Notes under the pieces: model-generated
Told to the model about the DNA's origin: nothing
The model's input: the letters and a program-made list of their open reading frames with translations, nothing else
Databases searched by the model: none
Shown: positions 51,359 to 62,800 of the stretch, piece after piece
Layout: each line of letters opens with the position of its first letter
Numbering within the stretch: the stretch's first letter is position 1
Origin: Malacoraja senta
Lineage: Eukaryota
Assembly (NCBI GenBank): GCA_038087875.1
Contig: CM075989.1
Coordinates: 25,174,001-25,238,000, forward strand
Direction of reading: 5' to 3'
Length of the DNA stretch: 64,000 nucleotides
Program-made: the position numbers and the translations under genes

Positions 51359-52296
51359 GAAATGGTCTTTTCCAACACTAAGAATAAATATGACTAGACT
51401 TTGAGGAGGAAAGCTATGACTAAAGTTAGAATTAGTCTACAAAATACTTCAAAACAACTTTTCAGTCAGAAACAACGTTCTCATGGAAATCCCAGGCAGA
51501 AAATCCTATCTCTGAACTTCATGTATTTTATCAATTATTGTGCGTCTTTTAAAAAAGTCTATTTGAGTTTGTTAGTCAATGATCAGTATTGAAAGGGGAA
51601 GTTGTAATGAGGAAGTGACAGCCAAGTGTGATCTGGTGCAAAAGAACTGTGTGTGTGAGAGAGAGGCTTCCACTTTGAATGGCCAGGCTGGCTTGTCCAT
51701 CTGGGATGTGGGCAGTAGCTGACCGGTCTGCGGCCAGTGTTCCTGGGCAGGTTGATCACAGCCCTGGACTTCCACCTGCCGTCCAGTGCGGTTAGGAAGG
51801 TGTTGCAGAGTTTGTCACTGAGTGACAGTACAGGCGTGATGCTGGGGACAGGTGCACATGTCCCACCCTGAATGAAATGCAAATAACTGCAGTCGTACGA
51901 AAACTGAAATAATAACAGAAAAGTATGCCGGAAATACTCAGCAGCTCAGAGAGTAGCTTTGTCCACGACCCCCACAGGAGCTCCCTGGTGGTCCCCTGCA
52001 GAGGACTCCAGTGGCTCAGGCCATGATCCCTGACCCCGGGCCTCATGATCCCGGGCCTCATGACCCCTGACCCTGGGCCCCCCCTGCCCCCACCCCTCCT
52101 TGTTCTTGCTCTGCCCTGGACTCTGGAATCGCTCTGTATTAGGAAAGCTTTCAACAGACGCATTGTCCAGCCTTCCCTGAGCTGGACAATGGCAGTGTCA
52201 GCTCATCTGCTCACACATGCTTCAGAACCAATCCCAGCTTCCTGTTGCTGCTTGCTTCACTCCTTGAACCTGCATGATTACTGTCTGCTGTGACAG

Positions 52297-52602
52297 TGGG
52301 GCCAGTGTGACAGAGTACTGGGGCTGGTGGGGCCAGTGTGACAGAGTACTGGGGCCAGTGTGACAGAGTACTGGGGCCAGTGTGACAGAGTACTGGGGCC
52401 AGTGGGGCCTGTGTGCTGTGGCCAGTGGGGCCAGTGTGACAGAGTACTGGGGCCAGTGTGACAGAGTACTGTGGCCAGTGGGGCCAGTGTGACAGAGTAC
52501 TGTGGCCAGTGGGGCCTGTGTGCTGTGGCCAGTGGGGCCAGTGTGACAGAGTACTGGGGCCAGTGGGGCCAGTGTGACAGAGTACTGTGGCCAGTGGGGC
52601 CT
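52297..52602. repeat. Complex minisatellite (ggggccagtgtgacagagtact-like)
   Basis: Directly visible in the sequence. Confidence 0.9.
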
Positions 52603-52849
52603 CTCCAAACATCAGCCAAAGGGTTAATGCCCGGGTCACACCCACTAAGCTCAAGGGCAAATCGATTGACAGACGGTAAAAGGGTTACAATCTGGGGGCA
52701 GGAACTCACCTAACAATGAGCTGCTGTTATTACTGGTGAATCCCACACCAGGCCAGTATGAAACACACACGGTCCATGCTGCCTTTGCTCAGCATTCCTG
52801 CTGCATCTCCGTTCTGGATCATTCTCCACTGCTCAGTGCTGAGTGTGTT

Positions 52850-53859
52850 ACATAGAAACATAGAAAATAGGTGCAGGAGTAGGCCATTCGGCCCTTCGAG
52901 CCTGCACCGCCATTCAATATGATCATGGCTGATCATCCAACTCAGTATCCCGTACCTGCCTTCTCTCCATACCCCCTGATCCCTTTAGCCACAAGGGCCA
53001 CATCTAACTCCCTCTTAAATATAGCCAATGAATTGGCCTCAACTACCCTCTGTGGCAGAGAGTTCCAGAGATTCACCACTCTCTGTGTGAAAAATGTTTT
53101 TCTCATCTCGGTCCTAAAGGATTTCCCCTTTATCCTTAAACTGTGACCCCTTGTCCTGGACTTCCCCAACATCGGGAACAATCTTCCTGAATCTAGCCTG
53201 TCCAACCCCTTAAGAATTTTGTAAGTTTCTATAAGATCCCCCCTCAATCTTCTAAATTCTAGCGAGTACAAGCCGAGTCTATCCAGTCTTTCTTCATATG
53301 AAAGTCCTGACATCCCAGGAATCAGTCTGGTGAACCTTCTCTGTACTCCCTCTCTGGCAAGAATGTCTTTCCTCAGATTTGGAGACCAAAACTGTACGCA
53401 ATACTCCAGGTGTGGTCTCACCAAGACCCTGTACAACTGCAGTAGAACCTCCCAGCTCCTATACGCAAATCCTTTTGCTATGAATGCTAACATACCATTC
53501 GCTTTCTTCACTGCCTGCTGCACCTGCATGCCTACTTTCAATAACTGGTGTACCATGACACCCAGGTCTCGCTGCATCTCCCCTTTTCCTAATCGGCCAC
53601 CATTTAGATAATAGTCTACTTTCCTGTTTTTGCCACCAAAGTGGATAACCTCACATTTATCCACATTATACTGCATCTGCCATGCATTTGCCCACTCACC
53701 CAACCTATCCAAGTCACCTTGCAGCCTCCTAGCATCCTCCTCACAGCTAACACTGCCCCCCAGCTTCGTGTCATCCGCAAACTTGGAGATGTTGCATTCA
53801 ATTCCCTCATCCAGATCATGAATATATATTGTAAATAGCTGGGGTCCCAGCACTGAGCC
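52850..53859 (-). mobile_element. CR1/HER1-like LINE 3' fragment, same subfamily as 26823-27750
   Basis: ORF GSVLGPQLFTIYI...KFADDTK... nearly identical to the 26.8-kb copy, with a tttctatgtttctatg tail. Confidence 0.93.
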
Positions 53860-54276
53860 AACATCAGAGACCACAGTACTCCTTTGGCACTGCACAGCAC
53901 ACTGCAGCCCACCTTCACTACCACACACCAGTGTATGTCGTGTCAACCTGCTCCAGTCCGTCGCTGAGCCCAGAAGCAGAGCCCTCTGACCCTGAGGCTC
54001 AGGGCAAGTATCTGAGTCTGGGCTGATGTGAAGACAGAGATGGTGAAATAATGAAAACAAGACTCACATGCGATCATCCACTTGAATGATGTGATGGTGT
54101 CATTCTATATTTTTGATTTGATGACATGCTTTGGCGAAATGAGGGGGGGAAGATTATTGGTGCTCAGGGAATAACCAGTCAAACACTCTCCAAACAGAGA
54201 TATCCAGCTCAGCTTATCCAGAGGTAAAGCACAAGGTGCTGGAGTAACTCTACGGGCCAGGCAGCATCTCTGAGGG

Positions 54277-54312
54277 GAATGACGTTTCAGGTCGGGACCC
54301 TTCTTCAGACCC
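54277..54312 (-). ncRNA. Minimal type-I hammerhead-ribozyme-like motif in a Penelope-derived repeat (best-paired copy)
   Basis: Minus strand reads GGGT CTGAAGA A GGGT CCCG ACCT GAAA CG TC/ATTC. This gives the conserved CUGANGA and GAAA core, stem II, palindromic ACGU and a weak 4-bp stem I with two G-U pairs. Confidence 0.55.
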
Positions 54313-56662
54313 TGGTCTAGGTGTGTTGTTCATTGTCTCTCAGATTCTGGGACAGTCTGACAATATCCAGGTGCCAGCTCGTGTGCTGCAGTCTGTCTCT
54401 GATGGTAATTGTAATCTCTGTATCAATTTCCAAAGCAATTGATTCTGCAGAGGGTTGTGATGGGTGTGGATGCTAGAGGTTGCCTGAGGGAAGATTGATT
54501 TACTGCAGTGTTGCTGCTCCACCCAGTGCCCTTCACTGTCCACAGCCACAGACCCAGAGATGGGACACTAGCGCTGGGAAAACACCAACATCTACAGACA
54601 AAGCATCCTTGTGGTGAGCCAGGGGCTGGGACTCAGCGAGTGGCGTGAGGGGGAAGCTCTGACTTTATCCGATCTCCAGCGTCATGCTGAGAATCCTACC
54701 GGAATACTTGGGAAAGATCGCCATGGATATTGTAGACTTTGGCTGGTAATCTGCATTGTTAATGGGGATGTAATGGGGATGTACTGAATCACTGCTGTGA
54801 CAAGGTCAGTCTTCTTTACAGAAGCCTTAATAGTCTCAGTAAGAGAACACAAATATAATCAGAGACACGTTGAAGTAGAACAAGAATTGTCTTGACATAA
54901 TGACAGAAATCTGAATGGAATCTATTATTCTGAGAGCTTGCTCTTTAGCACCATTTTGTTTACTGTTTGTTTAATGCTACTTTCATTTTATTTTGCCACC
55001 ATTGGCAGTCTGAATTCTGAACTGTTCTGGGGTTTGCCCTGAATTGTATAAATATGCGCCCGTTATTAGGGACTGAGGAATGGTGATGTGGGAGTGAGTG
55101 TCATAGTCGTGCAAGTGTTGTACAGCAGGCTCTCTGTGGCATTGGGTGAATGGATGAATGATTAATGGGAAGTATTGTTGGCTGTGCTGATGGAGCAGTG
55201 CCATGCTCAGCTCAAAGATTCTGTGCCTCCAGAAGGAACAATTCCAGCAAGCGCCCAGCGTCAGACCACACTTGCATGGAAATAAACCCGTCTGAAACAT
55301 AACATATACTCAGAAGGGTTTAGCTGAGGTACGTGTCCTAAATATGGAACCAGTCTACTGTTTAATCTCATTCTCAAATTTACAATCAGTGCAGCGATTT
55401 GCTAACAGTTACAGTAACGAAGATAAAGGAAACCACGACAAGGTAGTTTTGTACTAAAAATAAAAAACACTACAGTTGCTGACAAATCTGAAATGACAGA
55501 CAAATGCTGGGAAGACTTGTTTCAGAAGGAAAATCCTTTGTCCAAGCTGTCACCTCTCTCCCTGTCTATAGATGCTGCCAATCCAATGGTTTTACTCGCG
55601 TAGACTCTGTCTGTCTGTGTCTCTCTGTGATTAACCCAACCTCCAGCCCACCAACCACCAGCAAGAAATATAATTGAGTTAATGGTTATGATTCATTGCT
55701 GTAAACACTGTGATTAATAGTCACAGTGCAGAATGTAACTGGAACCATCGGGGGGGAGATTGGGAGGAGTTGTGCCGGGCTGACGAGGGGGGGGGGAGGG
55801 TTGGACAGGGGTGAGAAGGTGATGTTTGGGATGTTCTGTTTGTGTTTGATTTCTGCGTGCTTCTGTTGAAGACATTGTGTATGTTCTTTGCCCTTACGGT
55901 CAGGGTGAGAGTGACCATTGTTTCAGTGAGGAAGAATTGAAGGTGACTAGTTTCCTATTTCCTGTAGATTTCCCCATCGCTGTTATTGGGAGTGAGGAGC
56001 AGGTTTATGGTGAAGGAGGTGGAGAAATACCCAGTTTGGCACCTGTCTGCATCAGGGTTAGGTCTATGGAGGGCCCATTGCCTAGGATCAGGCCTTTCAA
56101 CTCACTTGGTAGCAGACTTAGACTGAGGACATATAAAGAGATTTTACATATGGTGATGGTGTCTCTGAGGAACCTTCGTCCACATGGGGGAGGTGGATGA
56201 GATGTGAATTCCACCAAGACTTGGAGCTTCATTTATATCATTTGGACAGGAATATGGATAAGAAAGGTTTAGAGGGATGTCGGCCAAATGCAGGCAGGTG
56301 GATCTAGTGTAGATGGGGCACCTTGGTCGGCATGGGCAAAGTGGGCCAAACGGCCTGTTTCCGTGCTGTACCACATGATTGCCCTGTGCACCAGTTGGAC
56401 CAATGGTTGCAGGCTGCGGGATGGCCCTGTGCACCAGGTGGCGTGAAACTGCTGTCAGAGCGTGGAGAATGTGGGGACAATATCTGGAGGTCACTGCCAC
56501 CGCACTGCGACCAATCGTGCTAGAATCCCATGCTGGTTTGTTCGTTTGTAGCCCACACCTCGTAACCCTGAGAACCATTGGTTTCTGCATCATTGGGTAA
56601 TTACAGCCACTGCTATCATTCCGTGACTGCCTGAGGGATCTGATCTACGTCTTTGTTTACAG

Positions 56663-56829
56663 GGACTGCCGATGAGACTATGGGAAGCAAGCAGTCGGGG
56701 CTGGAGAGCCCAGCCTTCGAGCAGTGCCCAACCCTACAGAGTGTGCAGGCAGCTTACAGTGCAGGCGAGTTGGAGCAGGCTCAGCATCTCGCCCGCCTGT
56801 TGTGTGAGGAAGCTGGCAGTGAGGAGAAG
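56663..56829 (+). CDS. LRRK1: LRRK1 coding exon (GTADETMGSKQ...VQAAYSAGELEQAQHLARLLCEEAGSEEK)
   Basis: tttacag acceptor, AAG|gtaaga donor, 167 nt, phase 1-0. Resembles human IRAAYRRGD...QLEK. Confidence 0.8.
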
Positions 56830-57896
56830 GTAAGAATGTCACAGCACCTGGCCCCCAGTGGAGAAGGCATGGATATTAATGATGGGCCGAACGGCCTAAT
56901 TCTGCTCCTATTACATCTGAACATGAAGTAGGTGAGTGGAGGATGAAGCATGGACCTGCCGCTGGTAGACTAACAGGTAGCTTCTTCCACTCCTTGCCAC
57001 AGCTTCCCCAAATTTCTCGTCCCCTTCCATGTGCAGTCATGGCTGGGATGAGCTGGGAGATTCCTCCCCTCATCCGGTTTCCTGTTGGAGAGGCTGATGT
57101 GGAAGTTAGTGATGCCTGCAGTCCTGGTCACCACTTTACCGGAAGGCTATGGAGACCCATGGTCAGTCATGACAGAGGGGGGGCTACTACTATGGAGGCT
57201 TTGGAGAGGGTGCAGCAGAGCAGGGCTGTGGAGTCGGTCGGAGTCGGAGTCGCGTGTGTTGGGTATCGACTCCACTGCCCTTGGACGTTGCCTCGATCAC
57301 AGAGATTTAGTTATGAGAGATTTGACAAACTTGCGTTGTTTTCTCCAGAGCATCGGAGGCTAAGAGACAATCTGGTAGAAGTATCTAAAGCTAAGGGAAG
57401 CATAGTCAGTCTTTTACCCAGAGTACAAACGTCAAATGCTAGAGGGGGAAAGTTTAAGGGAGATTAGGTGAGTGATGATGTGAGGGGAAGGTGATGGAGA
57501 TACAGGGAGAATGAATATAATGGGCGTTTGACAGTCAGTGCAAACTCAGTGGGCGAAGGGCCTGTACCTCGCTCTATGACTCTGTGGACAGATAGCTAGA
57601 AGGGGCCTTAGTACAAGGCCGGCTCTTTGGCAGCTGATTAACCAAAGTGTTGGTGTGGTTTTCCAGACAATTAATTAAGACAAAGAGGTTGCACAATTCT
57701 TTGTAAACTTATTGCTCCATGTGTGAGTGCAAAGAGCAGGACTGGAGGAAGGACGTCAAACACAAGGAGTGAGCAGATGGACAGGAAACGGCATGAAGCT
57801 GGAGGTTTCAGACATGAGTCCAGGGGAGAGGCTGTAAATGCACCAGTCTGTGCTGTCTGATGGTGTGGGTCTGACTCTGGCTGCCTCTCTCCTCAG

Positions 57897-58068
57897 TCTC
57901 AGCTCCTGACCTTTGCTGCCTCCCATGGAGATACCGAGACGGTTCGGTTCCTGGTCCAGGACGTGCAGGTGGGATTGTCCAAGGAGCCCAGTCACGAAAA
58001 CCCCGTGATCATTGCCACACATCAGGGTCACGAGGAGGTCGTCAAAGTCTTCTTGGATTCGATGCCAG
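57897..58068 (+). CDS. LRRK1: LRRK1 ankyrin-repeat exon (SQLLTFAASHGDTETVRFLVQDVQVGLSKEPSHENPVIIATHQGHEEVVKVFLDSMP)
   Basis: cctcag acceptor, G|gtaaga donor, 172 nt. Ankyrin pattern aligns with human QLLSIPAAYGDLEMVRYLL. Confidence 0.9.
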
Positions 58069-58273
58069 GTAAGAAGTTTCATATTGTGTCATTATTAGAC
58101 CGACAAGAGCAGGAATGGAAACCCTGGCCTGTGTATATTTAACGCAGCCCTCAGTATCACTAACGCAGCCCTGTGTATCACTAACACCGGCCTCTATCAC
58201 CTGCTGAACATGGTGGAACATTCGATTCTCTATGATCCATTCCCTCTCACCTTGTTCTATGATCCAATCTCTC

Positions 58274-58375
58274 TGACCGGACCCTGTCTCTGACAGCTCC
58301 CTGTATCTGACCGGTCTCTGTATCTGACCGGTCTCTGTCTCTGACCGGTCTCTGTCTCTGACCGGTCTCTGTCTC
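58274..58375. repeat. Short minisatellite (ctgaccggtctctgt[ac]t)
   Basis: Directly visible in the sequence. Confidence 0.85.
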
Positions 58376-58442
58376 TGCACCAGGCCAGCTGAAGGGTTTG
58401 TCACGTACCGTTCTCCTAAAGCATCCTTGGGCAAATCCTAAC

Positions 58443-58735
58443 AGCACGGTGGCGTATCGGTAGAGTTGCTGCCTCACAGCGCCAGAGACCCAGGTTCGAT
58501 CCTGACGGCCGGTACTGTCTGTGGGGAATTTGTGCGTTCTACCCGTGACTGCGTGGGTTTTCTCCAGGTGCTCCGGTTTCCGGTTTCCTCCCACATCCCA
58601 AAGATGTGCAGGTTTGGAGGTTAATTGGCTTCTGTAAATTGGCCCTAGTGTGTAGGATAAAACTAGTGTGTGGGTGATTGTTGGTCAGCACAGACTCAAT
58701 GGGCCGAAGGGCCTGTTTACAGCCTGTATCTTGAA
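58443..58735 (+). mobile_element. tRNA-derived V-SINE (HE1-like)
   Basis: Box A TGGCGTATCGG, box B GGTTCGATCC, V-domain gtgggttttctccaggtgctccggtttcc and a CR1-like gggccgaagggcctg tail. Confidence 0.85.
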
Positions 58736-59333
58736 AGTAATCTAAGCTGATAGTCCTCGGTGGTACTTTAGCAGAGGCATGGGTTGTGGCCACAGGTGCT
58801 GGTTGTGGAGAGGCAGGGACAAGCCTGGTCTGGGGAGGTCCGGGCAGGTCCAGCACTCAAGGGGACATTGACCATTTCATCTCAAACGTTGTCTCCTAAC
58901 CTCGTGTGGCACGTAAGCCTTGACTGCACACAGGAATGTTCTCCCCAACATGGAGAGGTTTCAAGAGGTTTATAGATGGGCACATGGATATGGATCACAT
59001 GCGGACAGAGGTCAGTTTATCTTGCCATCATGTTCGGCACAGACACTGTTCCTGTGCTACTCTGCTCCATGTTCCAGTAGTTTGTAAACTGCTGTAGTAG
59101 CAGGAACTCATCACACCGGCCCGTTGAAACATAACGTAGGACTGATTCCAGGATGGGAGAGGGACTGGAGTGGACGTTATTGTGTCTGCATTGTGTTCCC
59201 TAACTATATCACAGGCATGTTTGTTTCAGCTGCACCGTGGACTTTATCACGGATATTAACATGTTCATTGTCACGGACTTTATCATGCCTGCATCTTTGT
59301 ACTCTCTAACTGCATTGGTATGTGTTGTTCCAG

Positions 59334-59507
59334 GTGCATGCATGGACCTGCTGAGCTGCATGTTGGCAGCAGCCTGCCGGCAAGGTCACATGTCACTGGT
59401 GAAGCTGCTGGTGCTGGAGTACAAGGCAGAGGTGGACAGCTGTGGGATGAGGACCCAGAACCATCCTGTCATCATGGGGCAGCCTCTGTACGCAGCGATG
59501 CAGGCAG
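59334..59507 (+). CDS. LRRK1: LRRK1 ankyrin-repeat exon (ACMDLLSCMLAAACRQGHMSLVKLLVLEYKAEVDSCGMRTQNHPVIMGQPLYAAMQA)
   Basis: ttccag acceptor, G|gtatgt donor, 174 nt. Matches human LACQRGHLGVVKLLVL...PLYAAIKS. Confidence 0.92.
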
Positions 59508-59934
59508 GTATGTGGCCTGCCCCGTCTGTGTTGTCTATGTGCCTATGTCATGAGCAAGGGTGTTCCTGACCGGTCCCACACCATACTTGTGGGGACCACA
59601 ATGTACTCCACTTGATCTTGGCATCAACATTTAATTCAGGTTTCCAGCAGCTCCATTGTTTTATCTCAATAGTTTTTATTTTTCAGTGAAATATCTTCCT
59701 CCAGAACTCTGTCTCTCGCTGCGTGTTTCCTGCTGTAGTTCTGTCCCTTTGTTCAGGGGTGTTTTTGCTCTTCATCTTCCCGTTGTGGGAACCATGAGCA
59801 ATAGGCACCGTGCTGGAGGTACTCAGCAGGTCAGGCAGCATCTGTGGAGGGAATGGGCAGATGGCATTTCAGGTGGGGAATCATCTGGTTTCTGGACCGT
59901 TGTGGTTTTACTGGAATGTTTATTTTTGTTGCAG

Positions 59935-60101
59935 GGAATGAAGAGATCGCTGCCTTCCTCCTGGAGAATGGAGCGCACTTCACCTCATACGTACTGATGG
60001 ACCATCCACAGCTCAGCAAGCAACTGCTCAGGACCTGCTTTACAGAACCCAGCTCGTGTGAAGAGACCTACACTCACACAGTAGCACAGCCCCTCACTAT
60101 G
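59935..60101 (+). CDS. LRRK1: LRRK1 exon (GNEEIAAFLLENGAHFTSYVLMDHPQLSKQLLRTCFTEPSSCEETYTHTVAQPLTM)
   Basis: ttgcag acceptor, ATG|gtaact donor, 167 nt. A weaker in-frame donor after 60080 is possible. Confidence 0.88.
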
Positions 60102-60533
60102 GTAACTGGCAACAAAGTATTACACTAACTAGTAACTAACTGGCAGCAAAGTACTGCACTAACTAGTAACTAATTGGAGCTGATAGTTCATAACCAGGGA
60201 ATGAGTGGACAGACCATTGGTCTTGAGGTCAGATTGTATGCGTGGTACTGGACAAAGCGTTGACCAGCCACTTGTTTGTGTTCATCCGCACTTTGGGCAC
60301 TTTGCTGTGGCTCTGGCAACCCAGAGAGGTCACGGGGGGGACTGTGGATATAAAGAAAGAGAGACCTGCCCCCCCCACACACACCCCAAAAGTGTGAGAG
60401 GGGCCCATCTTGTCCATGCTGACCAGGATGCCCCATGTACACTGGTCCCACCTGCCCATGTTTGGTCCAAATCCCTCTAAAGCTTCCCTGCCCATGTTGT
60501 TGTGAGGCTCTGATTGTTGCTTTTGAATTGCAG

Positions 60534-60760
60534 GGCCAGTCACTGAAGTGGTCTCGCCTGAAGCTGCCTTGGTTGGACCTGGATTGGTTCATAGATGTGT
60601 CTACTCAAGTAACAGAGCTCGATCTGGCTAGGAACAACCTCACCCTCCTCCCTTCCATCATTCCTTGGGGTTTAGTGCATCTCAGAAAGCTCAACGTGTC
60701 TGCAAACCAGCTGAAGGAATTGCCGAATACCATCTCATCAGAAGAAATCCTCTGCACAGG
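60534..60760 (+). CDS. LRRK1: LRRK1 LRR exon ([75 protein letters not shown])
   Basis: ttgcag acceptor, GG|gtgagt donor, 227 nt. KWSxLxLPWxDLDW and IPWGL are characteristic of LRRK1. Confidence 0.95.
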
Positions 60761-60891
60761 GTGAGTGAGGAACAGGTCTGTCCCTGAGTAAAGGGCCGTG
60801 CTCAAAGCTGCAGAGTGTTAGAGGAAGCAGGCCGATGGTTGCAAATACCAGGAATCTTCAATGCAACAGGAAAGGCTAAAACATACCCTGA

Positions 60892-61210
60892 TGGCACAGT
60901 GTCTGGTCGAGCTGCTGCCTTACTGCACCAGAGATCTGGGTTCAATCCTGACTTTGGGTGCTGTCTTTGTGGAGTTGGCATGTTCTCCCTGTGACCCAGA
61001 ACCCTGTCACATGGGGTTCCTCTGGGTATCCTCCCACATCCCAAAGACGTGTGGGTTTGTAAGTTAATTGGCTTCTATAAATTTCCCCTGGTGTGTAGGG
61101 AGTGGATGAGAAAGTGGGATAACATAGAATTAGTGTGAATGGGTGATCGCTGGTCGATGCGGACCCAGTGGGCTGAAGGGCCTGTTTCTGTGCTGTTTCT
61201 CTAAACCAAA
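60892..61210 (+). mobile_element. tRNA-derived V-SINE (HE1-like)
   Basis: Same head, V-domain and tail. Ends about 19 nt before an LRRK1 acceptor. Confidence 0.82.
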
Positions 61211-61229
61211 GTAACGCATGCCCTTTCAG

Positions 61230-61357
61230 AATCCTGGAGATGGACGTATCACGGAACCAGCTGACCTCTCTACCCACAGGCATCTTACATCTCCCAAAGC
61301 TGCAGAAACTCAAGGCCTCCAACAACCTACTTGACCGGTTATTTGATGAAGAGAAAG
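61230..61357 (+). CDS. LRRK1: LRRK1 LRR exon ([42 protein letters not shown])
   Basis: ctttcag acceptor, G|gtagtg donor, 128 nt, phase 2-1. Confidence 0.93.
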
Positions 61358-62127
61358 GTAGTGCACTCGTCAATGGGTAAAATGCACAGCTCAATCTGTT
61401 GCAAAGTTCTACCCTGTACGGCTGGTTGTGTAACTGTTGATTGGGCAGACCGTCGCAGGCAGAGCAATGGTCAACGTGTTGGTCAAGACCCAGGATCATG
61501 TTCCTTCATCTTTCCTCTGCTCCACCCAGGCTCTCTTACCTCCCTTACCTCCCTTTATCTGAAGAAGGCTCTCGACCCGCAATGTCACCCATTCCTTCTC
61601 TCCAGAAATGCTGCCTGTCCCGCTGAGTTACTCCAGCTTCTTGTGTCCATCTTCCCTTTAACCAAATACTCCTACAGGCCAGTTTCATTCCCCTCCCCCA
61701 ACTGGCCCCATTCACCTATCACCCACATACTAACCTACTGGCTCCCTGTCCTCTCCCCCAATTGGATCCATCTGCCCGTCATCCCTTCCTCACTTTCCTT
61801 ACCTATCAGATTCCAGCATCTGCAACCCCTTGTGTCTCCACTTATCACGTCCCACTCTCTGCCCCCCCCCCCCCCCTAATCGATCAGGTGCAGGTTTAAA
61901 TCACTAGTGATGGACAGGGATGCCTTTGATTCATGTGACTGGTCATGAAAATATTCGTCTTTTCTGATTGGATAGGTAAGTGTTGGGCTCCTGTATGATT
62001 GGTCAGGTAAAGGTGTGACTAGTGTGATGGGTCAGGTAAAGGTGTGATTGTCAGGTAGAGGTGGGTCAGGTAAAGGTGTGTCTCTGGTGTGGTGGGTCAG
62101 GTAAATGTTCGATTCCTCTGCCCCCAG

Positions 62128-62291
62128 CGCCGAACTGGATTGGATTACGAAAGCTGAGCGAGATTGATGTGTCTGACAACAGACTGGCGATCTTGCCAAC
62201 GTCCTTGCTCCATTGCTTCAAGTCCCTCAGCTGCCTCATTGCTGCTGGGAATGTACTCAGATGCTTTCCTGAACCTTGGGCCTGTGGTTTG
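62128..62291 (+). CDS. LRRK1: LRRK1 LRR exon ([55 protein letters not shown]); gene continues beyond the window
   Basis: cccccag acceptor, TTG|gtaagt donor, 164 nt. NWIGLRKL and PWAC match human LRRK1. Confidence 0.95.
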
Positions 62292-62555
62292 GTAAGTGCG
62301 TGCTGTTTATTCACAATGATTACATTGCTGAAGCAAGAGGCCGCGAGGTTCTGTTTTTTAGTATTTGTGCTGAAACTTTGCAGATGCTAGATGTCTGAAA
62401 TAAAAACAGAAGGGTCTGTGAGATCGAGGCTTGACGTTGCCTGTTCCAGTGGCGATAGTTGCATCACGGCACTGGATAGGTTATATAACAGATTTATAAA
62501 CAGTGCCGTGTGGAAGATATCCACTTTAATATGGACAGTTCCATCTGAAGAAAGC

Positions 62556-62800
62556 ATGTAGAGTTACTGCCTCACAGCGCCAGAGACTGGTTCAATCTGA
62601 CCCCGGGTGCTGTCTGCGTGGAGTTTGCACTTTCTCCCTGTGACCACGTGAGTCTCCTCCGGGTGCTCCGGTTTCCTCCCACATCCCAAAGATGTGTGGA
62701 TTTGTAGGTTAATTGTCCCTCCGTAAATTGCCCCCTAGTGTGTAGGGAGTGGATGTGAATGTGAGATAATGGGTGATTAATGGTCGGCATAAACTCAATG
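62556..62800 (+). mobile_element. V-SINE split by the L2 insertion; its tail resumes at about 63975
   Basis: Head and V-domain present. The gtgggccaaagg tail follows the 5' end of the L2. Confidence 0.8.

Noticed and set aside
53860..54060. N-terminal extension of the 372-aa minus-strand RT ORF
   Set aside because: CR1 similarity stops at about 53859. The upstream codons are chance read-through of flanking DNA.
56943..57467. 174-aa ORF in an LRRK1 intron
   Set aside because: Its C-terminal part is a decayed CR1 fragment (SYERFDKLALFSPEHRRLRDNL). The flanking LRRK1 exons already join in frame without it.
58443..58510. tRNA gene
   Set aside because: The A/B boxes belong to a SINE head followed by a V-domain and LINE-like tail. 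No complete cloverleaf was seen.
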